A stretch of DNA of 64,000 bases. Source: Candidatus Latescibacterota bacterium (GTDB lineage Bacteria > Latescibacterota > UBA2968 > UBA8231). The notes beneath the pieces are model-generated. The model had not been told where the DNA came from and did not search any database. It was given only the letters and a program-made list of their open reading frames with translations. Every line of letters begins with the position of its first letter. The first letter of the stretch is position 1. Below are positions 18,068 through 27,720 of this stretch, piece by piece. The position numbers were made by a program, and so were the translations under genes. The DNA lies in the NCBI GenBank assembly GCA_965248355.1, contig OZ252098.1, positions 4,896,001 through 4,960,000 of the forward strand, given 5' to 3'.

Positions 18068-18954
18068 CCTCCAGCGGCCCTTGCGTATGCCACGAAAGCC
18101 TCCTCGAGCCCCAGGTCCGCCACTTCGACAATGTGTCCGCCCTGGGCCTGGATGCGGGCGGCCTGTTCCTCGCTGTAGCCCACCACCGTCAACAGCCGGT
18201 TCGCCCCGGTTCCCTGCACCTCCCCGAGGCCAGGGATCCCCGTCAATGGTCCCGCCTCCTCCGGCATGCGGACCGACACTCGCTTGACCGAGCCCTTCAC
18301 CTCGTCCACCGGCCCCTCGACGACCAGTCGGCCTTGCTCGATGATGGCGACCCGGTCGGCCACGCGTTCCACTTCGTGCACCAAGTGGGACGACATGAAG
18401 ACGGTTCGCCCCTCCTCCTGGATGAGGCCGATGATGCTCTCCAGGAAGTCGCGGCGAACCACCACGTCCAGCCCGGAGGCGGGCTCGTCGAGAATCAGCA
18501 GGCGAGGCTCGTGCCCCAGGGCGAGGGCGAGGGCGAGCCGGGCGTTCATGCCGCGGGAGAGGTGCTTGACCTTCTGTTCCGGATCGAGGCCGAAGCGGTC
18601 GATCATCCCCGCGACCCTTGCCGGGTCCCAGGTGTCGTAGCACTGGCCGGCGAACCAGACCAGCTCCCGCACCTTCATCCACCCGTACATGACCGGACTC
18701 TCCGGGACGTACCCCACCTGGCGCCGCAGGGCCAGCGAGTCCCGTGCCGGGTCCAGTCCGAGCACATCCACCCGTCCGGCCGTGGGGAGGAGCTGGTTCG
18801 TCAGGATTCTGATGGCCGTGGTCTTTCCGGCCCCGTTGCGACCCAGGAAGCCGCAGACCGCTCCGGTGGGGACCTCGAGGTGGAGGTCCTCCAGGACGGC
18901 GCGCTTGCCGAACCGGTGGGTCAGGCCTTCCATGGCGATTGCGGTATCAGTCAT
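18064..18954 (-). CDS. ABC transporter ATP-binding protein (YtrB-like)
   Basis: GRNGAGKTT, LSRGM, LILDEP, SSH. Confidence 0.92.
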   Translation of the reverse strand: MTDTAIAMEGLTHRFGKRAVLEDLHLEVPTGAVCGFLGRNGAGKTTAIRILTNQLLPTAGRVDVLGLDPARDSLALRRQVGYVPESPVMYGWMKVRELVWFAGQCYDTWDPARVAGMIDRFGLDPEQKVKHLSRGMNARLALALALGHEPRLLILDEPASGLDVVVRRDFLESIIGLIQEEGRTVFMSSHLVHEVERVADRVAIIEQGRLVVEGPVDEVKGSVKRVSVRMPEEAGPLTGIPGLGEVQGTGANRLLTVVGYSEEQAARIQAQGGHIVEVADLGLEEAFVAYARAAGG

Positions 18955-19363
18955 CGCTCCGTTTCCTCCTTCTTTGACTCTTTTCGCCGAACTGGTCCAG
19001 GCGCTCCCGGAAGACCTGGCGCATCTCCTCCGGGCTCAGCCCCAGCTCGACCGCCTGGACCAGGGCCTTGTCGAGCAACTTCCGCACGATCTCGAACCGT
19101 TCCTTCCGGCCCATGGTCACCTCCCTTTCCGCCACGTAGGTGCCCATGCCCCGCTTCTTGTAGATCAGCCCGCCGTGTTCCAGTTCGAGGTAGGCCCGCG
19201 CCACGGTGTTCGGGTTGATCAGGTACTGGCCGGACAGGGCGCGGACCGAGGGAAGCTCGTCGTGCGGTCGGAGCGCGCCGGTGGCGATCTGGTACTTGAC
19301 CTGCTCGATGATCTGCAGGTAGATGGGAACCCCGGTGGACGGGTCTATGTGCAGGTGCAGGAT
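18947..19363 (-). CDS. GntR-family (YtrA subfamily) regulator, start codon apparently non-canonical
   Basis: Open frame extends upstream of the tracked ORF: IDPSTGVPIYLQIIEQVK...LPSVRALS...INPNTVARAYLELE..GLI..RGMGTYV. Confidence 0.85.
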   Translation of the reverse strand: MLHLHIDPSTGVPIYLQIIEQVKYQIATGALRPHDELPSVRALSGQYLINPNTVARAYLELEHGGLIYKKRGMGTYVAEREVTMGRKERFEIVRKLLDKALVQAVELGLSPEEMRQVFRERLDQFGEKSQRRRKRSDD

Positions 19364-19465
19364 GAGGGCGCTCCCAAATGGTCAGGCCATGTATCGCGGC
19401 TTGCCGTTGCCGTGCAGGATCTGGATGCCGTGGAGGGGGCTGCCTGCTATCGGCTGTCAGGTGCC

Positions 19466-19491
19466 CACTGTATCAGTGAACTGATACAGTG
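19466..19491. promoter_or_regulatory. Palindromic operator, probably bound by the YtrA-like GntR
   Basis: CACTGTATCAGT-GA-ACTGATACAGTG, perfect 12-bp arms, TGTA...TACA pattern, upstream of the gntR gene. Confidence 0.75.
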
Positions 19492-19670
19492 ATACTGTAC
19501 GGACCTGCTGGCGTTCAGGCAAGTGCCTTTACGCAGGTTGGCCTTGAGCGTTCAACGCGAGGGCCGCCGTCGGCGATGCCGGACACCTCGACCGAAGCAC
19601 GTCGGAAGTCTGGCAGGCCTTGACTTGACCTGTTTATGGTCCATTTTCAGTCCGAAAGGGAGGTGGCCCC

Positions 19671-19946
19671 ATGAAGCTGTCCAGTCAGATCAAGCCGATC
19701 AGTTACCTCAAGGCTCACGCTGCTGAAATCGTGCGCACGCTCGGGGACCAGCAGGAACCCTTGATCATCACCCAGAATGGCGAAGCCAAGGTGGTCGTGC
19801 AGGACATCGACAGCTACGAGCGGATGCAGGAGACCGTTGCCTTGCTCAAGATCCTCGCGCTGGGCAGCCGCCAGATCGAAGCGGGTCAGGTGCAGCCCGC
19901 CGCCGACGTGATCGCACGGCTACGGAAGCGGCAACAGGGTGAGTGA
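19671..19946 (+). CDS. Phd/YefM-family antitoxin
   Basis: IKPISYLKAHAAEIV...PLIITQNGEAKVV. Confidence 0.9.
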   Translation: MKLSSQIKPISYLKAHAAEIVRTLGDQQEPLIITQNGEAKVVVQDIDSYERMQETVALLKILALGSRQIEAGQVQPAADVIARLRKRQQGE

Positions 19947-20272
19947 TGTCCTTCCCGGTCCACTTGACCGACGACGCTGCGCGAGACTTGGAGGAGATCT
20001 GCGACTACATCGATCGGCATGACGAGCCGGGCCGGGCGGACCATGTGATTGAGCAGATCGAGAAGGCTTTCGGCCGTCTGTCCGACTATACCGAGCGAGG
20101 GAACTACCCGAGGGAACTGCTGGACCTCGGGATTCGGGAATACCGCGAGATCTCTTTCAAGCCCTACCGCATCATCTACCGGGTGATGGAAGACAACGTC
20201 CATGTCCTCGTCGTCGCCGATGGGCGGCGTGACATGCAGACGTTGCTGCAACGGCGCCTGCTGCAGGCGTGA
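19943..20272 (+). CDS. RelE/ParE-family toxin
   Basis: AARDLEEICDYI, YREISFKPYRIIYRV, DGRRDMQTLL; overlaps the antitoxin stop. Confidence 0.9.
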   Translation: MMSFPVHLTDDAARDLEEICDYIDRHDEPGRADHVIEQIEKAFGRLSDYTERGNYPRELLDLGIREYREISFKPYRIIYRVMEDNVHVLVVADGRRDMQTLLQRRLLQA

Positions 20273-20649
20273 GCTTCCACCAGCCTTGGCCCGACCACCA
20301 TGCCCCCACCCCTCTCCAGCGATGCCCTCCCGTGGTGCCAGGGCATCCGCCCGCCGCGCCGGGAGGGGCATCCGGCCCCCGATTGCATCCAGATCCCCCA
20401 GCTGCGCAGGCCCGGACCTGCTCCAGGAGCGCCGGGGCCGCCTCAGACGATCCAGGACTCCCGGAGGTATGCGCCGCAGCCCAGCTCATCCATCAGTACG
20501 GCCCCCGGGCGGCGCTCAACTTCGCCGACGCGCGGCTGATCACCACATGCCCCTTTTCCCGGGGACCCGGCGGCCTTGTTCCTTCATTCTATTGGGCGCC
20601 AGGCGGTATCGGGCGCGACACGCAGTGATCTGACAGAGGGGAGAACGGG

Positions 20650-21742
20650 ATGCAGCAGGAGAGCGGGGGCTCCCGCATGGCGGTCGGTCCTGACCTGGGA
20701 CGGCCGCCGCTGCCCGCGATGCAGGGCGGTGGGTCATTCACCATGAATGAAGGCGTGGCCGAGTCCCTCCTGACCCGGGCCGCCGGCGCCGCCCGCGAGG
20801 GCAATCTGGCTACGCTGGATCGCATCCTGTCGGAGTCGCCGGACGTGGTCGCGGCGCGGGATGGGGATGGCCGCACCCTGCTGGACCTCGCCTGCCGGGC
20901 CGCCACCGGCGACATCGCCATCCCCCTGGTGCCCGGCACCCCGGAACAGCACGCCGCCGTGGACCGCATCCTCGCCGCCGGCGCCGACGCCTCGACCGCC
21001 GATGACGACGGCTGGACGCCCCTGCACACGGCGGCCATGGCGGGCCATGCCGACCTGGCGCGGCGCCTGGTACGGGCCGGGGCCTCGGTCCGGGCCAACG
21101 CCCACGGCCGGGAAGGCGGTTCCCCCCTGTCGTACGCCCTCTTCTACGCCAAGGCCTACATGGCCGACGCCCTGGCGCCGGTCTGTCCCGACAACCTGAG
21201 GACCGCCGCCGCCCTGGGCCGCGGCCTGCACCGCTTCGTTCACCGCAACGGCGAGCTGGCGCCGGCGGCACTGGAAGGGCTGGGCTTCTACGCTCCCGTC
21301 TTCTTTCCGGCCTGGGAACGGACCCTCGAGCGCCAGGAAGTCCTCGACGAGGCCCTGTGCTGGGCCGCCCGCAACAACCAGCGCGGATCGATGCAGGCTC
21401 TCGTCGCCCTCGGGGCCGATGTCAACGCCAACCCCCTTTCGCGGAACGCCCCTGCTCTGGGCCTGCTACAGCGACAAGGTGGAAGCCGCCGTCTGGCTGC
21501 TGGACCACGGCGCCGACCCGGACCTGCGCCACGACTGGGGAGGCGAGGGCCACGGCGTGCAGGCGGTGGCCATGCATCTGGCGGCGCAGCACGGCGCCGT
21601 CGACTGTCTGAACCTGCTCCTCGACCGGGGGGCGGATCCCACGGTGGTCGATGCCGCCCACGGCGGCACGCCGCTGGGATGGGCGGAGCACGGCGGGGCG
21701 ACGGCGGCGGTCGAGATCCTCAGGCGAAGGGCCGGAGGGTAG
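20650..21742 (+). pseudogene. Ankyrin-repeat protein, +1 frameshift in a C5 run at 21432-21436
   Basis: GWTPLHTAAMAGH, GSPLSYA, then in the next frame GTPLLWA, MHLAAQHG, GTPLGWA; start could also be 20743. Confidence 0.8.
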
Positions 21743-21801
21743 CACCGAAGGGAAGGGAACCGTCTCCCTTCCCGTCTTCCGGGAGTGTCCGTACTGGCTC
21801 G

Positions 21802-23238
21802 TCAGCCCAGGCACCACTCGTAGGGACCGGGCCCCGTGTGTCCCACCATCCCGGCGATCTGCCCGCCCATGGAGGCGACCCGCTCCTGATGCTCCGGACG
21901 GCCGACCAGGTTGTTCATCTCGCCCGGGTCGGTCCTCAAGTCATACAGCTCGTCGATATCGAAGCGGTTGCGGACGTACTTCCAGTCCCCGTCGCGGACC
22001 ATCACGTGGGCGGCGAGCTGCTCCGGATCTTCGGCCCACTGGAAGATCGCCTCCTGGCTGGAGATCTCGGCGAAGACGGGCCGCGGCTCGGGCTCCCGTC
22101 CGTCGAGGAGGGCCTCGGCCACGGAGCGTCCATCGATCGGGGACGGCGGGGCCTGCCCGGCGAGGTCGAGCAGCGTCGGCATGAGGTCGACGCCGGCGAG
22201 GGGCGCGGCGACCCGGTGGCCGCGCGGCAGATGCCCGGGCCAGGAGATCAGGCAGGGCACCCGCACCGAGGCCTCGTACATCAGGCACTTCTGCACAAAG
22301 CCGTGGTCGCCCAGCAGCTCGCCGTGGTCGCTCATGAAGACGAGGATCGTATCGTCGAGCAGATCCTGCTCCTCGAGGGCGGTGACGATGCGGCCGACTT
22401 GCGTGTCGATGTGGGTGATGAGGGCGAAGTAGTGGGCCATGGAGCGGCGGAACTGCTCGTCGGTTACCGTGGGAGGAATGCGGAAGTTCCAACGCCGTTG
22501 AAAGGCGGGCTTGCCTTCGAGTGGATCCCGCAGGGAGGCGGGCAGGGGCATCTGTTCTTCCGGGTAGCGCGCCAGGAGCTCGGGCGGGACCAGTACCCGG
22601 GGATGGGGATCCTTGACGCTGGCCCACAGAAGGAACGGGGCGTCGCCGGACTGGCGGATGAACTCGAGGCTGCGGTCGACGGTCCAGGTGGTGCGCTGCT
22701 GACGGGGGTCCTGGAGGGTGCCGAACTCCAGGGTGTTCGCGTACTGGGTCATCCCCGGCGCGTCCTTGAGATAGAGGTTGGGAACTCCCTCTCGCTCGAA
22801 GTACTCGAACAGCCGGTCCGGGTATTCCCCCTGGTAGCGGTAGGCGCGCCAGAAGTCGGTGAACCCGTGCTGCGGCTGGTGATCGTCGCCGAGGTGCCAA
22901 GGCCCCACGAGGCCGCAGCGGTATCCCGCGGCCTTCAGGACATCTCCGATGGTGACGCGGTCGGGAGGCAGGCGGGTGCCCGGAACGCCCTTCTTGCTTG
23001 GGCTGTAGTTGCGCAGTTGCCGGTGGGCATGGGGATAGAGGCCGGTGAGCCAACTCGCCCGGGCGGGTGAGCAGACGGGCGAGGCGCAGTAGGCGTTCTC
23101 GAAGCAGACGCCGGCGGCGGCCAGCCGGTCCAGATTCGGGGTCCGCACCGTGGGGCTGCCGGCGAAGCCGGCGGCGTCCCAGCGCATCTGATCGCACATG
23201 ACCAGGATGACGTTCGGTTGGGAAGCTAGCCCGGCCAT
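21802..23238 (-). CDS. Sulfatase (formylglycine-dependent)
   Basis: PNVILVMCDQMR, CSPARASWLTG, SDHGELLGDHG, ELYDLRTDPGEMNNL. Confidence 0.93.
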   Translation of the reverse strand: MAGLASQPNVILVMCDQMRWDAAGFAGSPTVRTPNLDRLAAAGVCFENAYCASPVCSPARASWLTGLYPHAHRQLRNYSPSKKGVPGTRLPPDRVTIGDVLKAAGYRCGLVGPWHLGDDHQPQHGFTDFWRAYRYQGEYPDRLFEYFEREGVPNLYLKDAPGMTQYANTLEFGTLQDPRQQRTTWTVDRSLEFIRQSGDAPFLLWASVKDPHPRVLVPPELLARYPEEQMPLPASLRDPLEGKPAFQRRWNFRIPPTVTDEQFRRSMAHYFALITHIDTQVGRIVTALEEQDLLDDTILVFMSDHGELLGDHGFVQKCLMYEASVRVPCLISWPGHLPRGHRVAAPLAGVDLMPTLLDLAGQAPPSPIDGRSVAEALLDGREPEPRPVFAEISSQEAIFQWAEDPEQLAAHVMVRDGDWKYVRNRFDIDELYDLRTDPGEMNNLVGRPEHQERVASMGGQIAGMVGHTGPGPYEWCLG

Positions 23239-23783
23239 ATCCTCTCGAAGGCCAACCGGCCCGGTTGCTCTTCCCGCAGGTGGTACACGTCGGGGTTGGT
23301 CAGGGACTCCCATCCTCCGTGGCCGAAGGCGGGATCCAGGGAGTGCAGGACCAGGGCCATCAAGTTGCCGTGGGTTACGACGAGGGGCAGGGCGTGCCCT
23401 GCTTCCATCACATCGTCCAATGCCGCCCAGGCGCGCAGCAGGACCTCCCGCGCCGACTCGCCTCCGGGTGCGCGGAGATCGTGGTCGTCGAAGGAGTCGC
23501 GCACCACGGCCTTCCAGTTCTCGACAGGCTCCGCCGACAGGGTCCGCTCGTTCAACCGGCTGTCCATGTGGATCGGCAGGTCCGCCTCCGCCGCGTACGG
23601 CTCGATGCTCTGCCGGGCCCGCCGGAAGCGGCTTGCGGCGAGGAAGTCGATCGGATACTCCGACAGGAACCGGGACAGCCCTTGAGCCTGGGCAAGCCCT
23701 TCAGCGGTGAGCACGGCGTCCGGCTCCTGGCCGGCCGCCTGGCAGTGCCGCACCAGGATCAGGTTCCGCGGGGGCCTGGGCAC
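23226..23783 (-). CDS. Histidine phosphatase family protein
   Basis: LVRHCQ, RARQS, LNER, GGES, VVTHG. Confidence 0.85.
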   Translation of the reverse strand: MPRPPRNLILVRHCQAAGQEPDAVLTAEGLAQAQGLSRFLSEYPIDFLAASRFRRARQSIEPYAAEADLPIHMDSRLNERTLSAEPVENWKAVVRDSFDDHDLRAPGGESAREVLLRAWAALDDVMEAGHALPLVVTHGNLMALVLHSLDPAFGHGGWESLTNPDVYHLREEQPGRLAFERIWPG

Positions 23784-23800
23784 GCTGGCCGGGGCCCCGC

Positions 23801-24211
23801 TCAGGCGACCGCCGCGAGAGCCGAGACCTCGACGAGGAAGTCCTCGTTCGCCAGGCCGCCCACCACCAGCAGCGTCGCCGGGGGATAGACGCCTTCGGGG
23901 TAGGCGTCGTCGAAGATGGCCGTCCTCGCCTCGATGAAGCCTGCCACATTCCCGCGGCCGACGATGTAGTAGGTGAACTCGATGACGTCGGCGAAGGATC
24001 CGCCGGCGGCCTCGAGGACGCCCTCCAGGTTGCGGAAGACCTGCCGCGTCTGGGCGGCCACGTCGCCTTCGCCGACGAACTCTCCGCCGGTATCGATGGA
24101 CACCTGTCCGGCCACCACGAGCAGGGAGCCGCCTTCGACGCGGGCGGCGTGGGAGTACTTCCCGGTCGGCGGATGGACGCCCTCCGGGCGAAGGATCTGG
24201 TGGGTGGGCAT
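23801..24211 (-). CDS. RidA/YjgF-family protein
   Basis: YSHA, AGQV, QTRQVFRNL, PPATL, LVEVSA. Confidence 0.85.
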   Translation of the reverse strand: MPTHQILRPEGVHPPTGKYSHAARVEGGSLLVVAGQVSIDTGGEFVGEGDVAAQTRQVFRNLEGVLEAAGGSFADVIEFTYYIVGRGNVAGFIEARTAIFDDAYPEGVYPPATLLVVGGLANEDFLVEVSALAAVA

Positions 24212-24222
24212 GGAGATTCCCC

Positions 24223-25095
24223 TCACATCGTCGGGAGGCCGAGCAGCCTCGCTCCGTTGTTGTGCGTGATGTCGATGAAGTGGTCGTCCTCCGACTCGCA
24301 GCCGTCGCGCAGCAGCGGCAGCATGAGGCCGGCCAGGCAGGGCCGGGAGCTGCCGTCCTGGAGGTTCCCGCGCCCGTCGACGCAGGGGCAGTCGGTGCCC
24401 CACAGGAGCCGGGCGCGGTGCCGCTTGAGGAAGTCGCGCGTGAAGCCGGGGTCCCTGTGGAGCCCGAAACAGCCCGAGCGGGCCGAGAGGTCGCCGTAGA
24501 GGTTGGGACACTCGGTCAGCAGCCGGTCGGTGAGCCCCACGGGCTTCACGGGCCCCGCGGGATAGTCGGCGAAGTCCGGGGCCCGCGGGTCGGTGACGGC
24601 GTCGGCGCTGATGTTCGTCCACCAGGCCATGGCATGGCCGATGAAGGTCGTCTCCGGCAGGGAGCGGACCACGCCCTCCAGGGCGGGGAAGTTGGAGCCG
24701 AAGACGCCGGTGTAGTCCATGTGGATGAGCACGGGCCAACCGACCTCGCCGCACAGCCGGTAGATCTCCAGGCATCGGGGGTGGTCGACGGGCAGGCGGT
24801 TCTTCTGCTCGCCGAAGCCCTTCACGACGCCGGTCTCGTGCAGGGCCCGGAGACGCTCCAGGGCGTCCGGGCTCAGGGGATCGACGTTGCCGAAGGGGAT
24901 CGTCTCCTCGGGGTGGGCCGCGTGCGCCTCGAGGGCGCCGCGGGTGGACCAGGCGTCGTCGTCCCCCACCGCCGAGGTCGGTCCCGGCTCGATGGGCAGG
25001 AGCACGGAGAGCCCCCCGCCGTGAGCGCCGATATGGCGGCGCACACCGTCGAGGGTACGGCCGCCGTGGCCCAGGTGGGTGTGGAAGTCGATCAC
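24223..25095 (-). CDS. Amidohydrolase_2-family protein
   Basis: IDFHTH, PVLIH, FIGHA, LLWGTDCP. Confidence 0.85.
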   Translation of the reverse strand: MIDFHTHLGHGGRTLDGVRRHIGAHGGGLSVLLPIEPGPTSAVGDDDAWSTRGALEAHAAHPEETIPFGNVDPLSPDALERLRALHETGVVKGFGEQKNRLPVDHPRCLEIYRLCGEVGWPVLIHMDYTGVFGSNFPALEGVVRSLPETTFIGHAMAWWTNISADAVTDPRAPDFADYPAGPVKPVGLTDRLLTECPNLYGDLSARSGCFGLHRDPGFTRDFLKRHRARLLWGTDCPCVDGRGNLQDGSSRPCLAGLMLPLLRDGCESEDDHFIDITHNNGARLLGLPTM

Positions 25096-26423
25096 GCGCC
25101 GGCTTCCGCCAGCCGGCGGGCGTGGGCGGCCACCTTGGCGAAGGCCTGCGCGTACTGGTCGATCAGCTCGTCCGCCGGGCGTGTGAAGGCGGGCAGCTGG
25201 ATCGTGTCACAGGGCACCTCCGGGTCTTCGGTGACCGGGAGGACGAGGCTCTTGTAGTCGATCCTACTCGCCGCCGGGCCGAGAACCTCCCACAGGATCT
25301 CCTCCGTCCCGTGCTCGTCACCGGCGAAGACGGGGTGCTTGTGGAGCATCCGCCAGAGGTCGGTGTGAGGGATGCGGGTATCCTTGCGGGCCGGCGACGT
25401 CACCTGCGCGCCCTCGGCGAGCAGGACCTCCATCAGCCGCTCGCGGGTCAGGCCCCCGAGCTTGTCGGGGGAAAAGGTGATCCGTCCACTGTGGTACGGC
25501 GAGGGGAAGTAGTCGGGGAAGTCCGGTGCGGCGAAGCCGTCGATCTCCGCGATGGCGCGGCCCAGCTTGTCGTCGTTGGCGTGGCGCAGGTCAAGCCGCT
25601 TGCGCCAGTGCTTCATCTGCACCACCCCGATGGCCGCCGTGAGCGTCGCCATGCGGTACTTCTCGCCGAAGCTGAAGCCGCTCACCGCCCGCCACCTCGG
25701 ATCCGGCAGCTCCTTCAGCCGCTCGTAGTGGCCGAGGCTGGCGGCGCGCTGGTAGATCTCCTCGGAGTTGGTCATGAAGACCCCGCCCTCGCCCGCGGAG
25801 GTCAGCTTGCCGTGCTGGAAGCTGAGGGCGGAGGCGTGGCCGATCGATCCGCCCATCCGGCCGCGGTGGGTCGTCCCCTGCGAGACGGCGCAGTCCTCCA
25901 CCACCTTCAGGCCGCGGCGTGACGCGATCTCCATGATGGCGTCCATGTCGGCGGGAATGCCCTTCCAGTGGACGACCATGATCGCCCGGGTCCGCTCGGT
26001 GATCCTGGACTCCAGATCCACGGGGTCGAGAGTCATGGTCAGCGGGTCGATGTCGGCGAAGACGGGCACCGCCCCGCAGCCGATGATGGGCAGGCAGCCG
26101 AAGGGATGGACCGCCGACTGGCAGATGACCTCGTCGCCGGGGACCACTCCGACCCCGAAGAGGGCCGAGCGCAGGGCCGCCGTGCCGCTGGAGTGGGCCA
26201 GGGCGTGGCGCACGCCCCAGGTCTCGGCGACCCTCTGCTCCAACTCCGTGATCGGCCCCTTCTCCCCCTGGGAGCTCGACAGGGCATGGTTGCGGATGAG
26301 GTCCGCCGTTGCCTCGACCTCCTCCTCCGTATAGATCGGCCACTGGGTGAAGGGGCCGTGGTCGATGGTCACGGCGGGGGTGCCGCCGAGGGCTGCTGGC
26401 ACGGTTCTCATCTCAGGCACCAC
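25092..26423 (-). CDS. DegT/DnrJ/EryC1/StrS PLP aminotransferase
   Basis: SSGTAAL, GDEVI, VVEDCA, SFQHGKLTSAGEGG. Confidence 0.9.
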   Translation of the reverse strand: MVPEMRTVPAALGGTPAVTIDHGPFTQWPIYTEEEVEATADLIRNHALSSSQGEKGPITELEQRVAETWGVRHALAHSSGTAALRSALFGVGVVPGDEVICQSAVHPFGCLPIIGCGAVPVFADIDPLTMTLDPVDLESRITERTRAIMVVHWKGIPADMDAIMEIASRRGLKVVEDCAVSQGTTHRGRMGGSIGHASALSFQHGKLTSAGEGGVFMTNSEEIYQRAASLGHYERLKELPDPRWRAVSGFSFGEKYRMATLTAAIGVVQMKHWRKRLDLRHANDDKLGRAIAEIDGFAAPDFPDYFPSPYHSGRITFSPDKLGGLTRERLMEVLLAEGAQVTSPARKDTRIPHTDLWRMLHKHPVFAGDEHGTEEILWEVLGPAASRIDYKSLVLPVTEDPEVPCDTIQLPAFTRPADELIDQYAQAFAKVAAHARRLAEAGA

Positions 26424-26670
26424 CCCCTGCTCTCCAGGCCTCGTTGCCCTGGGCGGAGCCGCTGTCCACCTCGGGATGAAGATTGTCCGCCGTCACCTGT
26501 CCCAGCATGTCGTCCAGGTCATAGGCCCCCTTGCACATCACGAGCTGGTCGCCTTGCGAGACCATCTCGATGGCGGAGCCCTCGCGAACCCCCCACTGCT
26601 CGGCGATCGGCTTGGGGATGCGCACCGCCAGGCTGGTGCCCCACTTGGCGATGCGGGATTTCGTTCCCAT
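26413..26670 (-). CDS. MazE/AbrB-family antitoxin (orphan)
   Basis: IAKWGTSLAVRIPK, YDLDDML..VTADNLHPEVD.G...GNEAW; GGAGG RBS. Confidence 0.85.
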   Translation of the reverse strand: MGTKSRIAKWGTSLAVRIPKPIAEQWGVREGSAIEMVSQGDQLVMCKGAYDLDDMLGQVTADNLHPEVDSGSAQGNEAWRAGGGA

Positions 26671-26687
26671 TGAGTACCTCCTGCTGG

Positions 26688-27716
26688 TCATTCCCTTGGA
26701 AGAGGCAGGTCGATTCTGGCGTTGTCCCGGGCCTGGGAGTGCAGGGCGGCGAGCATGATCTCCAGGGTGTGGCGGGCCCGCCGCGGGGGAGAGCTGCTCA
26801 CCGCCGTCCCCTGGATCATCTCCGCCAGTTCCTCCACCGCGGGGATGAGGGCGGCGCCGAAGGGGTCGGGGTAGGCGGCGCCGTTCTCCGAGGAGACGGG
26901 GACCAGGTTCCCCTGGGCCGCGTCGGTGGTCCAGACCTGGCAGTGCTGGTCGCTGACCACGATGCGCCCATCCGGCCCCTGCAGGTCGAACTCGAAGAGC
27001 AGCGGCGTCAGCTTGGCGCTGTTGATCAGGGCGCGGGCCCCGTTGGCGAACTCGACGATGATCGTTGAGCCCGGGTCGTGCTGCGGGTCCCGGCCCCCCT
27101 TGCCGTCGTACACCAGGCCGTACTCCTCGAAGCCGCGCTCGTGGGCGGCGATCACCCAGACGGGCTCGGCCTCGGCGAAGTAGCAGACCGCGTCCACGAG
27201 GTGGGTGCCGTTGCGGAACAGCATGGAGCGCCGGCCTCCCATGTGGGCGACGATGCGGGTCAGAGGGCCGACGGCGCCGGCGCGCACGGCCTGGCGCACC
27301 TCCCGGTAGCGCGGATTCCAGCTGCGGGTGTGGTCCACCGACATGCAGGTGCCGTGGCCCTCCACGGTGGCGATCATGCGGTCGGCGTCGGCCAGGGTGG
27401 TGGCCAGCGGTTTCTCGCAGAAGATCCCCCTGACGCCGGCCTCCGAGGCATGGCATGCGGCGTCGGCGTGCAGGTGATCGGGGGTGGCGACGCTGATCAC
27501 GTCGAGGTTCTCCCGCTCCAGCATGAGGCGGTAGTCGGTGTATTCGCCGATGCGGCCCGCAGGGATCTCAGCCCGCTCGTAAAACCGCGGCATGACATCC
27601 GGATTGATATCGCAGACGGCGGCCAGGTCGTACCGGGGGGAACGGGCGTAGGCCCAGGCGTGGGAGCCGCCGAGGCCGCCGCCGATGACCGCGGCGCGCA
27701 GGGTGTCGCCGCTCAT
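26688..27716 (-). CDS. Gfo/Idh/MocA-family oxidoreductase
   Basis: DVISVATPDHLH, FCEKPLA, GTHLVD. Confidence 0.9.
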   Translation of the reverse strand: MSGDTLRAAVIGGGLGGSHAWAYARSPRYDLAAVCDINPDVMPRFYERAEIPAGRIGEYTDYRLMLERENLDVISVATPDHLHADAACHASEAGVRGIFCEKPLATTLADADRMIATVEGHGTCMSVDHTRSWNPRYREVRQAVRAGAVGPLTRIVAHMGGRRSMLFRNGTHLVDAVCYFAEAEPVWVIAAHERGFEEYGLVYDGKGGRDPQHDPGSTIIVEFANGARALINSAKLTPLLFEFDLQGPDGRIVVSDQHCQVWTTDAAQGNLVPVSSENGAAYPDPFGAALIPAVEELAEMIQGTAVSSSPPRRARHTLEIMLAALHSQARDNARIDLPLPRE

Positions 27717-27720
27717 GGCC

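Noticed and set aside
19382..19390. Selenocysteine or readthrough at ATG GCC TGA upstream of the GntR frame
   Set aside because: The position lies outside any catalytic motif, I see no SECIS-like hairpin, and an RBS sits downstream of the TGA
20273..20649. GC-rich intergenic stretch with GATGCCC/GGGCATC inverted repeats and short ORFs
   Set aside because: No recognisable RNA family or protein motif; such pairing is weak evidence at this GC content
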